A stretch of 27,709 bases of DNA from a virus (IMGVR_UViG_3300011335_000445:1-27709); one strand, 5' to 3'; counted from the stretch's first letter, positions 9,600 through 19,672 are shown. The notes: generated by a model not told the origin, from the letters alone. Program-made: numbers and translations.

Positions 9600-10766
9600 C
9601 TAGAAAAAGTCTGGAACATCTCCAGGTTCTTCTTCAGTATCAGTAAAATCTAAATCAAAATTATCTTCCTCAGCAAAATCATCTATTACTACTGGAGCTT
9701 CAAAAGTATTACCTGCTGGGTCAGTATACTGTACAACCTCATCTAATTCTAATGGAACTTCCTCAGCTTCACTAGGATCTTTAACATCTGGATTATTTCC
9801 ATTTAACTGGTGCAAAACAGTATCTATTTCAACCTCTTCTTGCACCACTTGATTATCAGGTAGTTGCACTTCTTCAGGTTCACCTTCAATCTCTGCTACT
9901 CTTTGAGCATACTCTTCATCAGATTCAACATGAATTTGAATTTCTTCAACTTCAGCAATCTGGTCTAGAATATTAGTCTGTCTTGGGTCAACATATAAAG
10001 GATCAACTGGTGTACTTAAATCTTGAGGTGGTGCACTTATTACAGGAGTAGGAGCAAACTTATTTACTTCAGAAATAAACATATGTAGTATCCTCTGATC
10101 TTCCATCCAAGTTTTTGGATGTGAATGCTGCAATGCTGTAGTAACATAATTATAAAAAGCCCATAAGCTATCTGTATTAGAGAATACATGCACTGGTCTT
10201 TTCATCTGGTCTCTGATCATACTGGCTTGTTCTGTAGTTAGAATCTGATACTCTGCAAATAAGATCCCAAGCATCTGAGATTGTTTTCTCTTATTCATAG
10301 TAATTAACTCCATACTAGCTTTATCAGAACACAACTGATTATAATACATGTGAGCATTAGCTACTTGTTCATCAATTGTTTCTTGTGTCTCCGTGTCTGC
10401 AGTTCCAGTGTGCTTTCTAGCCCAGCTTCCCATATCACCGCAAACCATTACAGTTCCAGTTTTATTTACATATGCACCAACACCACATTTAAATCTTACT
10501 TGTTTGTTATAACTGTTTGTCCAAGCAAACATCATGGATAATTCAGGGTCTGAATTAAAATTTAATTTATAAATACCTTGAGCAATCTGACCATCTGCAG
10601 TAGCTCTGTATTCTTCTTTTACAATTGTAAATCCAGCATTAACTAGTGCTGTGATTGACATATCAATAACTGACTCATGGGAGATAACTGTATAAGTATC
10701 TCCATGAGCTGGAAGAGGCACACTGATAATGTGCGCCTTTCCATACTCTTGTATTTTCTTTGGCAT
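9600..10766 (-). CDS. DUF932/DUF945-like protein with a long acidic C-terminal tail
   Basis: TYTVISH, WTNSYNKQVRFKCGVG and RKHTG pattern; last ~120 aa are D/E-rich and end GDVPDFF. Confidence 0.65.
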   Translation of the reverse strand: MPKKIQEYGKAHIISVPLPAHGDTYTVISHESVIDMSITALVNAGFTIVKEEYRATADGQIAQGIYKLNFNSDPELSMMFAWTNSYNKQVRFKCGVGAYVNKTGTVMVCGDMGSWARKHTGTADTETQETIDEQVANAHMYYNQLCSDKASMELITMNKRKQSQMLGILFAEYQILTTEQASMIRDQMKRPVHVFSNTDSLWAFYNYVTTALQHSHPKTWMEDQRILHMFISEVNKFAPTPVISAPPQDLSTPVDPLYVDPRQTNILDQIAEVEEIQIHVESDEEYAQRVAEIEGEPEEVQLPDNQVVQEEVEIDTVLHQLNGNNPDVKDPSEAEEVPLELDEVVQYTDPAGNTFEAPVVIDDFAEEDNFDLDFTDTEEEPGDVPDFF

Positions 10767-10767
10767 G

Positions 10768-12669
10768 TTAAAATAAACTTAATTGATCTCTGTTAGGTTC
10801 TAAACCTTCTATTTCTTTTCTAATATTCTCTAGATAATACTTGGTATTAATCTCATACTCATCAAAAGGCATATCATCTATATGATTGATATATACTTGC
10901 TGCAACCATTTACCGGCTTCAGTCTGTATTTCTCTACCATCAGACTTATTTATTTTGACAATCTTGGAACCACTATTACATACATAATATCTTATAGTCT
11001 TCTGCAGTTCTTTCTCTACATACTGCCCATTCTTAATATGCTTCTCAACATACTTCCAGTCTCCCTTAATCTTTACACCACCACAATAATCAAATATGTT
11101 TTGGTTCTCAGATAAATACTTCTCAGGGTCTATACCCTCTACAAAGTAGGCATGTAATGCTTTAGGAATAATAAGGAAACTCTTGTTTTTATGTAGTGCT
11201 AGGTCCTTATACTCAAATCTACCTTTACACTTAGACTTACCATCTTCTGTGATAGCAATATAATTGTTCACATCACCTAATACTATTTTAGAATAGGTAT
11301 CATGTTCTAACTGTAGATCAGTAAGTTCCTCCCAACGGGCACATATCTCCATATACTTGTCTACATACTCCCTAGGGATAATAGTCTCAAGACCATCTGT
11401 ATTTTGCATTAGTGGAATAGCACCGGGAATCTCTTCACAAATCATCTCATACAACATACTAAGACTTAGCTGACCATTAATAGTAATCCTCATAGTAAAC
11501 TCTGGATCATATAGAAAGCTATTCTCATCATTGCTAAGACCATAAGTAGAGTTTAAGATAATCTTATATACATAGTTCTTAGGATCCTTCTTAGGTATCT
11601 TCTTTCTCTCTTCAAAGAACCACTCATATAGATTGCAAAACTCTCTCTGTGGTAAGTGTGCGGGAGCCCATCCATTTCTAATAGCTAGATTAGGATAATA
11701 ACTGATAACATCTGAAGTCATAATGACCATGTCATCATTAGAGTTATATACCCTACCAATTCTAGCACCATGAATACCACCAAGACCATAGTCTGTTTTC
11801 ACGCCCTTATACTGTACAGAATACTTAAATCCGCCTTTAGTTTGATTTGGATACAATATTACTTCCTGGAATTTCTTAAGTAAGTGCTGGAATGTTGCAG
11901 TTTTGAACTCTATATAAGGTAGTATAATATCTTTTACAATTATCATACTTCTGTTAGTTCTCATCTGTCTTAAATCATATTTCTTAATTCCAGTCTCTTC
12001 ACTCAAGAAATGCAAGAATAACTCTTTAGATATCCTTGGTTCTGAGGCTGAGAACAAATCAATATTATACTCTTCAGTTAAAGCTCTCCTAAGTTCAATT
12101 TGACTTTTACTTAGGTGCATTATAGCTTTAGTAGCCCTAACATCATTAATACAATATTTAATAATACTTGGAATCTGTTGAGCAGTAATATTACTCTCAT
12201 GATGAATAGGCATATCCATTATGTTCTTCCAGTCCATACTATACTCAATCCACTTTAATGAACTTCTCTTAGCTGGATTATCCCAATGGTTAAGCTTAAA
12301 TACATCAATCTGTCTAATACTTAAATTCTTAGGACTAAATTCAGCAAACTCACCGGCATTACTTCTCTGGATAGTTTCTTGTGCTTTCTGATAAATCCAT
12401 TTTGCAATAGTATCACCATCCTGTTCTAGTAACTGGTCTTTATTCCGGAGAATGTGCTCAGTTATCTGACTGTCAAATGCTAAACCATTAAAGCTCACAT
12501 GCCATTCACCAAGTGTCACATTTCTTTCTAAAAAGGTGACAAGTTTTAGTATATCATTTTGTGATTCATGGCAAACAAATACTTCTTGATGCTCTGTTTT
12601 AATATCCTCAAACACACCCAAAAAGCAATTGGAGAGTGTTTCCCAGTCCATTACCCAATGTGTTTTCAT
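10768..12669 (-). CDS. polB: Family B DNA polymerase with 3'-5' exonuclease domain
   Basis: ExoI DWET, ExoII FNGLAFD, ExoIII YCINDV; motif A SDVISYYPN, motif B KIILNSTYG, motif C NTDG; C-terminal QLSLF. Confidence 0.93.
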   Translation of the reverse strand: MKTHWVMDWETLSNCFLGVFEDIKTEHQEVFVCHESQNDILKLVTFLERNVTLGEWHVSFNGLAFDSQITEHILRNKDQLLEQDGDTIAKWIYQKAQETIQRSNAGEFAEFSPKNLSIRQIDVFKLNHWDNPAKRSSLKWIEYSMDWKNIMDMPIHHESNITAQQIPSIIKYCINDVRATKAIMHLSKSQIELRRALTEEYNIDLFSASEPRISKELFLHFLSEETGIKKYDLRQMRTNRSMIIVKDIILPYIEFKTATFQHLLKKFQEVILYPNQTKGGFKYSVQYKGVKTDYGLGGIHGARIGRVYNSNDDMVIMTSDVISYYPNLAIRNGWAPAHLPQREFCNLYEWFFEERKKIPKKDPKNYVYKIILNSTYGLSNDENSFLYDPEFTMRITINGQLSLSMLYEMICEEIPGAIPLMQNTDGLETIIPREYVDKYMEICARWEELTDLQLEHDTYSKIVLGDVNNYIAITEDGKSKCKGRFEYKDLALHKNKSFLIIPKALHAYFVEGIDPEKYLSENQNIFDYCGGVKIKGDWKYVEKHIKNGQYVEKELQKTIRYYVCNSGSKIVKINKSDGREIQTEAGKWLQQVYINHIDDMPFDEYEINTKYYLENIRKEIEGLEPNRDQLSLF

Positions 12670-12896
12670 GGTAGTTTTGTAAATAAATTTTCATGAATAG
12701 GATCTAGTAATTTTTTAGTAACAATATGAACTATTGTTTCTTTTGGCATTACTGCTTCACATTTATTACAATGCTCAATTCTTTCATGATGTGTAGGACC
12801 ACAACATTGACAGTTAATTGGAAAATCAATGTAAGTAATTGTTATTGGGCCTTCTTCTTTGCAATATCTGCATTGACCCCATGGTACACTTCCCAT
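12666..12896 (-). CDS. Small Cys/His-rich putative Zn-binding protein
   Basis: CRYC, CQCC and HCNKC motifs; ATGA overlap with the polymerase start. Confidence 0.65.
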   Translation of the reverse strand: MGSVPWGQCRYCKEEGPITITYIDFPINCQCCGPTHHERIEHCNKCEAVMPKETIVHIVTKKLLDPIHENLFTKLP

Positions 12897-12938
12897 AATA
12901 TTTGTGTTCAGTTAAGCTGTTCCCCCGTTTAAGTAAAT

Positions 12939-12972
12939 AAAAAAAGAGGATGCTTGGTACACACCCTCTTTT
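12939..12972 (-). terminator. Intrinsic terminator (possibly bidirectional)
   Basis: Minus strand AAAAGAGGGTGT-GTACCAA-GCATCCTC followed by T7. Confidence 0.75.
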
Positions 12973-12990
12973 AAACTAATTGGAATTTGT

Positions 12991-13344
12991 TTAAGCTTGC
13001 TCAGCCATAAACTTCTTATAATCAAACTTCTTAGCATTCACTGCAAAAAGCTTAATCAATTCATCAACTGCTTCTTTGTCTTCTACATAGAATTCTTGGA
13101 ACACCTCAATCTTGTGTCTTTCTTCTTTACGGCCTTTAGTACCCATAGAAGGCTGACCATACTCATCTAACTTAGGGAGCATGTGTAATGAAGTTTTTCT
13201 AATTTTAGAAATAACTACAAATACCTTTGTGTCAGGATCCATAATGCATTCTACATAAGGGCAAGATTCGGAAATTGGAATCATTCTAAAAGTTTGCTTT
13301 TCATTCCATGTGGCTTGAACAAGCATCATTGTGTTTTCACTCAT
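12991..13344 (-). CDS. Hypothetical protein, 117 aa
   Basis: Clean ORF with an A-rich start context and an upstream TAAATTTG box. Confidence 0.8.
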   Translation of the reverse strand: MSENTMMLVQATWNEKQTFRMIPISESCPYVECIMDPDTKVFVVISKIRKTSLHMLPKLDEYGQPSMGTKGRKEERHKIEVFQEFYVEDKEAVDELIKLFAVNAKKFDYKKFMAEQA

Positions 13345-13363
13345 TTTTGTTGGGTTTAATTTT

Positions 13364-13933
13364 TTACAAATTTACTGTTTTTTCTATGTTTTCCAAATTT
13401 GCGGGTTCTAATACTAAATTTTCTCTGTCCAGATCAGGCTTATCACATAGTTCTCCTACTGATCTTATCATTTCTTCACTAACACCAAGCAAGTCAGCAT
13501 AAGTTTTAAAATGTTTATCAGGATAAAGATAACTAGTAACATAAACATAATTACCTGTCTTAGGATCAAAGAAGCCTAAAATTTTACGCTTTATATCATT
13601 ACTCACTTTACTGTATCTACCATATGCTATATGGAACCAGTCCTTCTCCAAATCAGAAAAATCAAATGTGAATATACTTTTATCACCAGCTACAGTATAA
13701 TCTGAGAGTCTTGTATGTTTAAGTAAAACATTCTTCTCAAAATTAATGTACTCAGCATCAGTTCTGGTGTGATAAACACATACTAATTTCATATCCTCGG
13801 GAGTTACATGTGTGTCCCAACCTAAATAGGTTTCTTCAGGAACAACACTAGTCCCCCTTTTAATGTCCAAGAGCGGATATAAAAATATCTTGGACTTCTG
13901 AAAGTACTTCTTATAAAGCGCGTTAATTACCAT
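13364..13933 (-). CDS. Conserved hypothetical protein, 189 aa
   Basis: ORF tightly packed downstream of the nuclease gene; no recognised motif. Confidence 0.8.
   Translation of the reverse strand: MVINALYKKYFQKSKIFLYPLLDIKRGTSVVPEETYLGWDTHVTPEDMKLVCVYHTRTDAEYINFEKNVLLKHTRLSDYTVAGDKSIFTFDFSDLEKDWFHIAYGRYSKVSNDIKRKILGFFDPKTGNYVYVTSYLYPDKHFKTYADLLGVSEEMIRSVGELCDKPDLDRENLVLEPANLENIEKTVNL
13367..13374 (-). promoter_or_regulatory. Bacteroidota-type -7 promoter box TAAATTTG
   Basis: Matches TAnnTTTG, 22 nt upstream of the ATG at 13344. Confidence 0.45.
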
Positions 13934-13937
13934 TTTA

Positions 13938-14942
13938 CTACAGTTTTACATTACCTAAAGCTAGTTCATATGGAAGCTCATACTGCTTGTTCTCATAGTG
14001 CCATTTTACTTTGGTCACTACTTCACTAAACTTTTCACCCCATTGAACTAGTGTTTCTGAAGAAACTTGGTAAGGATAAACTTGGTTATACTTATCTATT
14101 ACTATAAAAGTAATGTGATACTCATAACCCTCCAAATTGTACTTTTCTTTAACCATATGCATATAGACCACTGCTTGTATCCAGTATCTATAATACTCTA
14201 CAGAATCAGGAAAGTCTTGTATGGACTTACCAAGAGTCTTTAAGTCATTAATAAAGATGTTTTTTGAGTCATGATCAATAACTAGATTGTCAATAAAACC
14301 TTTGAAGCCAAATGGGAGACCTGGTATATCTACTTGTAGTTGCAACTCATTGTAGACCTCAACATGGTCATCTTCATCAGTTTTGTCAAGTTGTAATAAA
14401 GCTCTTACAGATGAGTTTAGTTTTAGAACTTCAAGACTTGCCTTACAGCCGCTTAAGGTATCTTGGTCTATAACTGTTTTATCTAAGCTCTCTTTTAGGA
14501 ACTCAAAATAAAACTTATTCTCATCAACAAGAATTTTATCCAATCTTTGCTGATCTGTTTTAAGTGTTTGGTGTAAGTTTATGCTGAGTAGATGTGTGAG
14601 TATCTCTGGTGAGAAGTCCTCCAAAGTTAATGAATCATTTCCAATTGTCAAGTAATATTTAAAAATATTATCTACAATTAATTTATTATTCCCAACAGGA
14701 GTTTTACTATTCATAACTATGAACTGCTTGTCAAAGTTATCTGGCTCTAGCAATAAACAGTGCAGAACACGCCCTACTACTAGGTGCGCGTCTGTACTAT
14801 CTTCTCTTTGGTTGAGCACATAATGTGAGTAAAACATTCTTGGTGAGAATAACAACTTATTTATGCTGCTATAGCTAAAATAAAATTTGTTCTTGTAAAA
14901 TCTCTCTAGTTCATCAGAACCATTCAAAGTCATCAGTGCCAT
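13938..14942 (-). CDS. PD-(D/E)XK exonuclease (RecE/ExoVIII, DUF3799-like)
   Basis: FSYSSIN, GRVLHCLLLEP, FKGFIDNL, DLKT and YWIQAVVY motifs; start moved to the ATG at 14942 (14933 also possible). Confidence 0.85.
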   Translation of the reverse strand: MALMTLNGSDELERFYKNKFYFSYSSINKLLFSPRMFYSHYVLNQREDSTDAHLVVGRVLHCLLLEPDNFDKQFIVMNSKTPVGNNKLIVDNIFKYYLTIGNDSLTLEDFSPEILTHLLSINLHQTLKTDQQRLDKILVDENKFYFEFLKESLDKTVIDQDTLSGCKASLEVLKLNSSVRALLQLDKTDEDDHVEVYNELQLQVDIPGLPFGFKGFIDNLVIDHDSKNIFINDLKTLGKSIQDFPDSVEYYRYWIQAVVYMHMVKEKYNLEGYEYHITFIVIDKYNQVYPYQVSSETLVQWGEKFSEVVTKVKWHYENKQYELPYELALGNVKL

Positions 14943-16344
14943 CTTGTTCTTTTTGATTGTTAGTTGGTTCTTCTTCAGCAAGTTTGCTTATCATTTCTCC
15001 CAAAGCATAATCTTCTGCTTCAGTAAAGACAGACTCATCTTCCGGAAATTCTTTTTCCTCTTCTAGGGCTATTAACTCTGACTTGAGCTCATTTCTAACA
15101 ATATTAGTAAATGCATCTTCTATGTCTTCATCAGTGAGATCAAGGTCTTCTTCCTCAACCGCAACCCCTGGAGCCACCCCCGCAACCCTAACAGAGTTAT
15201 CCAGGTTTTCTCTTAAATCATCAAGGTCTCCGTGGATTTCAGGGAAAGTCTCTACTTCCTCTTCTGGGATATCAACAGGTTCCGGTTGATAATCTTCTGT
15301 CACACTGTAAGTATAGTTAGTATTTAATAAAGCTAGAGTGTCTTCACTAACAGTAATAGTTTTTACTCTGAAGTATTTATTATTACCCTTTCTTTCTATC
15401 TCAGTATAATATCTAGACATTAGAATATTAAGCATATCTACAGTAAGCACACCTTTATTAGTTAAGCTTTGCATGATATCATTCATGTTGGTACTCATAC
15501 TGTTTTCTTTACCAAGATAACCAAGTAAACTCTTGAAGTTCACATGCTTTCTAGTATTAGAATTATACATCTGACCCTCAAACTCTTTAAATAATATCTC
15601 CAGATATAGTAAACTGTCTTTATAGTTTGAGTTTGCCATAATTTCCATAGCCAAAATATGATTATCAGAGTCTGAGCTCCTAAACATATCAGCCAGTTGC
15701 TCATACATATCAGCATCTATAGTTACTGCATCTTCACCATTTACATGGACTAATAAAGAGTCTTCACTCCATAGTTCTTTTGTTACTATAGTCTTGAAAA
15801 GATCTTCATATTCAGAATCTGCAGAGTAACAATAAGTATTATCATACTCACAAGCATTAGATTCTTTAACCTTATCCTTTAAAGCAGCATCTTCTATACT
15901 ATAACTAGCTATACCACTAATAGTTCTTACAAGAATAACTTCCTCTAATGTATAAAATTCAAAAGCCTGATTAACTTTTTCTAGATAATAATCATCTATG
16001 TTATCCTTGACAATCTCTATAAACTCAAGAAAGTGTGCAGTCTTAACAAAGTTCTCATATCTTCTGTTTGTCATCTTAGCAAGTGTTGAATTACTACCAA
16101 ATATATGTGTAGCATCATCAACACTTCTTACATTTCTTACTCCATGTTTAAGAGCAACATCTTTTAGTTTTATCCTTGGTATGTTAACTCCAGGTAAGAA
16201 ATAATATTTATCTCCTTTTGCAGGAGTATATGCACCAGTTTTAAATGTAAACTTGGGCTCAATTTTACTAGCCACCTTAGTGTCTATGTATATACTAAAT
16301 TCATCATTGCTGACATCAATATTTATAACTAAATATAAATCCAT
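14914..16344 (-). CDS. Protein with an N-terminal BRCT-like segment, a central helical domain and an acidic tail
   Basis: YFLPGVNIPRIKLKDVALKHGVRNVRSVDDATHIF resembles the BRCT beta1-alpha1-beta2-beta3 pattern (tentative); D/E-rich C-terminus ends DDFEWF. Confidence 0.6.
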   Translation of the reverse strand: MDLYLVINIDVSNDEFSIYIDTKVASKIEPKFTFKTGAYTPAKGDKYYFLPGVNIPRIKLKDVALKHGVRNVRSVDDATHIFGSNSTLAKMTNRRYENFVKTAHFLEFIEIVKDNIDDYYLEKVNQAFEFYTLEEVILVRTISGIASYSIEDAALKDKVKESNACEYDNTYCYSADSEYEDLFKTIVTKELWSEDSLLVHVNGEDAVTIDADMYEQLADMFRSSDSDNHILAMEIMANSNYKDSLLYLEILFKEFEGQMYNSNTRKHVNFKSLLGYLGKENSMSTNMNDIMQSLTNKGVLTVDMLNILMSRYYTEIERKGNNKYFRVKTITVSEDTLALLNTNYTYSVTEDYQPEPVDIPEEEVETFPEIHGDLDDLRENLDNSVRVAGVAPGVAVEEEDLDLTDEDIEDAFTNIVRNELKSELIALEEEKEFPEDESVFTEAEDYALGEMISKLAEEEPTNNQKEQDGTDDFEWF

Positions 16345-16354
16345 AATAAAAGTT

Positions 16355-16380
16355 TATAAAGGGGAGAATTACCTCCCCTT
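16355..16380 (-). terminator. Terminator-like hairpin between the ATPase and BRCT-like genes
   Basis: AAGGGGAG-N6-CTCCCCTT stem with a weak, interrupted T tract on the minus strand. Confidence 0.55.
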
Positions 16381-16436
16381 AAGTTTGAATTAATTTTGTA
16401 AAAGCTTCCTTTTGTGGGGAACTGTTCTATGTTGGC

Positions 16437-17606
16437 TTATTTTACAGCCATCTTCACCACGTTCTGATTCATCATGAGCGGAGAAAATTTCACCTTATTT
16501 CCATTTACAATCTCCTTAATCATATAATATCTAAGGTCATCTGTAAATGCATCACAGTCAGTAGTAAGTTTGACTAATCTCTGCACCATGCTTGGAGAGA
16601 TAGAATTAGTCTCAGAATATACTAGTGAATAGTTTATCAACCTGGTTGCTATTACACTAGAAATATCTGCTCTAAAGTCATCATCTTTACCAACAGCAGC
16701 TGTTAAAGCTCCCATTACATATGCTTCATCTTTTGTCAATGCATCCTCAGGACTGATGATCTTATCTAGCTTATTATTAATAAACATAGTGAACATAGAA
16801 CTAAAGTCTACACCTACTGAGCCCTCACCAATCATTTGAATTAATGGTAAGTTATCCTCAAACTTAGGAATAGAACTAATACCATTAAAGAATGTAGTAA
16901 CAGATCTTGGATTAACGCTTTGGTTAACTAGTTCTGGGTGCATCAACATGAAGTTAATACATCTACCATCTATGTTTGCTGTCTCTGCCCACTTAGCCCA
17001 TACATTAGAATCATATTTTAGCTCAACAGAAATAAATCTAGTCTTCTGAGCTATATCTAGACTTGTTACATTATAATCTCCATTGTCTGGATTAGTAGTA
17101 AGCAAGACATGCCAGTTCTTAGGTAACTTCCATGATACATATTCTTGTCTGTCTAAGATTTCCATGGTTGCTTGCATGAATCTATGGTCAGCTCTGGTGT
17201 AATCATCTAAGATTAAGAAACCACCTTCTCCTTTACCCTGAATCCATTCAGGAGCAGCATGTGACATTCTCTTTGCTATAACTTTATATCCTTTTGCACT
17301 AGCTGCAGATATCTGAGACTCATTAATCCATCTTGTCTGACCCTCAGCATTTTGTATTTCAAATTCTTTTACAGGAAAACCTACTAAGTCACCTAATTCT
17401 TCTAACTGAGATAAATTAAGCTTTACAACTTGCATATTTAACTCTTTACCCAACTGCATGATAGCTGAGGTTTTACCCAAACCAGCATCACCCTCTATAT
17501 TAATTGCCACAGGAACTTTACCATCCTTTTGGATTATTTGATTATTACTAACCATGTGCTTAATAAAGCTTTTTAACTCATCTACATTTAATTGAACTTG
17601 ACTCAT
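16437..17606 (-). CDS. MoxR-like AAA+ ATPase
   Basis: Walker A GDAGLGKT, Walker B LILDDYTR, LTTNP, LDIAQKTRF and NPRS motifs; adjacent to a vWA gene. Confidence 0.85.
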   Translation of the reverse strand: MSQVQLNVDELKSFIKHMVSNNQIIQKDGKVPVAINIEGDAGLGKTSAIMQLGKELNMQVVKLNLSQLEELGDLVGFPVKEFEIQNAEGQTRWINESQISAASAKGYKVIAKRMSHAAPEWIQGKGEGGFLILDDYTRADHRFMQATMEILDRQEYVSWKLPKNWHVLLTTNPDNGDYNVTSLDIAQKTRFISVELKYDSNVWAKWAETANIDGRCINFMLMHPELVNQSVNPRSVTTFFNGISSIPKFEDNLPLIQMIGEGSVGVDFSSMFTMFINNKLDKIISPEDALTKDEAYVMGALTAAVGKDDDFRADISSVIATRLINYSLVYSETNSISPSMVQRLVKLTTDCDAFTDDLRYYMIKEIVNGNKVKFSPLMMNQNVVKMAVK

Positions 17607-17625
17607 TTGTTTTGTTTTTTAATTT

Positions 17626-18930
17626 TTATAACTCTAGTTTTATCACCTTTCCGGGCAAACTATTATTCATATAGGATCTCTCTGACAAAACCCATAGGAC
17701 ATTCCCTCTTGGTTTTACATCTGCATTACATTCACCGTCAGTAAAATACACCAGGCTTGTATATTTCTTAGTGTTTGCATTATAATATTCTAGGACAGGG
17801 TCAAACTCAGTGCCTCCCCTACCTTTTACTTCTATTTGGTTCTTACCCTTGTAGGACTCAATAGATTTAATTTGAGTATCACATTGGATTATTGTAATCT
17901 CTACACCTGCCTTATAGATATGGTGTATCTCTCCCATAAACTCAATTAACTCAGAATCACTTACAGAACCAGAAGTATCAATAGCCAACAACATATGCTG
18001 CTTCATCTTAATCTTGAGACCAGGATTAGCATCAAATCTTCTGTTTTCTTTCCTTCTGATTTTCTTAGTAAATACATGTGTACTAATACCAGTAAATCTC
18101 CGGATATAACCTCTCCAGTCAAACTTAGCTGGTTTTATCTCTTCAACAATTATAAGACCTTCTATCTCACCTGGTATAGTACCACGCTTTTTCTCAGTCT
18201 GTTCTTTAGCATCACTAAGAACTTTCTGTAATTGTTTCTCAATTAGCTTTTGCTCAGCTTCAGTAAGGTCTTCAAAGTCTTCCCAGGTGCTATGATCAGG
18301 AATCTGACCGTTATCTATGTCATCTAGTAAACCATCCATTGCCTCATCACCACAAGTACCATCTTGATTTTTCTTATCTTGTGCTTCTTTAAGCTTGTCA
18401 TAATAATATCTACAACCAGCTTTTCTAGTAAGATTCATATCAGCATAGTCTTCTATTAGAATACCTCTTGCTGGTAGTTTATTACTAATAGCCTTTAATT
18501 CTTCAATAGGAGCATCTCTCTCTCTTGCAGCAGCTAACTCAAGTTTGATATCTTCTTTTATTTCATCAAACTCTGCTTTGGTATACTCACCACCGGGAAG
18601 CCATGAGCTCTCAATGTACTGATTAATCTCCATGTCCATTGCTACATTGGCTAATCTCTTATCACTAAACTTAAAGAAAGTAGTAAGATGTCCAAATGCA
18701 ATATGCAATAGCTCATGTTTAAGTAATCCAAGTCTCTGTAGCTCAGTAAGACCTTCCCAGAAGTCATCATTAATAGTAAGTTGATAATTGATACCATTCT
18801 TACTTACACCAGCTGTTGGAACTCTTCTTTTGTCCCAGAGCTTATTTAACATAATAAGAAAGAACCCGTAATAGGGCTCCTTCAACATTAAATCTTTACT
18901 AGTTTTACTTAAACTTTGTGCTTTATCCAT
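17626..18930 (-). CDS. Metallopeptidase-vWA fusion (DUF2201-like)
   Basis: HELLH Zn-binding motif and NVAMDMEINQ; C-terminal MIDAS elements DTSGS, GRGGT and FTDG. Confidence 0.88.
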   Translation of the reverse strand: MDKAQSLSKTSKDLMLKEPYYGFFLIMLNKLWDKRRVPTAGVSKNGINYQLTINDDFWEGLTELQRLGLLKHELLHIAFGHLTTFFKFSDKRLANVAMDMEINQYIESSWLPGGEYTKAEFDEIKEDIKLELAAARERDAPIEELKAISNKLPARGILIEDYADMNLTRKAGCRYYYDKLKEAQDKKNQDGTCGDEAMDGLLDDIDNGQIPDHSTWEDFEDLTEAEQKLIEKQLQKVLSDAKEQTEKKRGTIPGEIEGLIIVEEIKPAKFDWRGYIRRFTGISTHVFTKKIRRKENRRFDANPGLKIKMKQHMLLAIDTSGSVSDSELIEFMGEIHHIYKAGVEITIIQCDTQIKSIESYKGKNQIEVKGRGGTEFDPVLEYYNANTKKYTSLVYFTDGECNADVKPRGNVLWVLSERSYMNNSLPGKVIKLEL

Positions 18931-19325
18931 TACTCTTTTAGTTTAATGTCAATTTCTATTTTATCTGTTGGGTACCCAATACTTTCAAGCATCCGGGTCA
19001 TGTCCCTTACAAAGCTTTCCATGAATAACTCAATAGAAGCTTTAGAACCTTTATTTGCTGTAATTAAACTCAAAGTCCTAGGACTTGTAAGTGATTTATC
19101 TGTGTCAACTAGTTTAAGAAGTTTCTCACCAACAGCACCAGCATCTTTCCATGCCTTAGCATCTTTGTGAGCAAACTTATAAAGTACAAGTAGTTCACCA
19201 ACATACTTGTTAAAATCTACATTACTTAATGATTTAAAAGCTATTACATGGTTCTCTGTGTCTTCAGACTGTAACATGCTCATTAAGTTTCTTGTCTCTT
19301 CTTTGTCAAAAATCATCTTTTCCAT
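18930..19325 (-). CDS. Hypothetical protein sharing a ~47-aa segment with the 476-aa BRCT-like protein
   Basis: Coupled by TAATG overlaps on both sides; see findings for the alignment. Confidence 0.8.
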   Translation of the reverse strand: MEKMIFDKEETRNLMSMLQSEDTENHVIAFKSLSNVDFNKYVGELLVLYKFAHKDAKAWKDAGAVGEKLLKLVDTDKSLTSPRTLSLITANKGSKASIELFMESFVRDMTRMLESIGYPTDKIEIDIKLKE

Positions 19326-19672
19326 TAGTCTTCTATTTTTAAGGTTTTAATAGCCCATTTTTGTGGTTTACCACTTTCAATCATAGTAACCCATTCTTTT
19401 GCACTTGGAATATATCCATTACAATCTTCTTTAATATGTTGTTCAGCAACATATCTTGTATATACTTTAATACCATCAGAGTTTATAAAGCTATGACCAA
19501 ATACTCTTTCACACTCAAATATTCCCTCACTATGGTGTCTGAACATTCTATGCATACTGTGTCCAATCCATGCTTTAGTAGCATCAAACCATTCTTCAAT
19601 AGCTAAATAATCTTCTGGTTTACCTTTCCACCGTCTCGCGGCAGATTTTGCATGCTCTAGTGGATGTGCCAT
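19325..19672 (-). CDS. DUF6915-like His-rich protein
   Basis: MAHPLEHAKSAARRWKGKPEDY, HRMFRHHSEGIFECERVFG and EQHIKED pattern, recognised from memory. Confidence 0.7.
   Translation of the reverse strand: MAHPLEHAKSAARRWKGKPEDYLAIEEWFDATKAWIGHSMHRMFRHHSEGIFECERVFGHSFINSDGIKVYTRYVAEQHIKEDCNGYIPSAKEWVTMIESGKPQKWAIKTLKIED

Noticed and set aside
12900-12930. GGGGGAACAGCTTAACTGAACAC upstream of the polymerase unit as a phage-specific promoter
   Set aside because: No convincing second copy on the same strand; GGGGAAC at ~16416 is in the opposite orientation and short
13938-14942. Nuclease as Cas4 or part of a CRISPR system
   Set aside because: No Fe-S cysteine cluster, and no repeat-spacer array seen anywhere in the window
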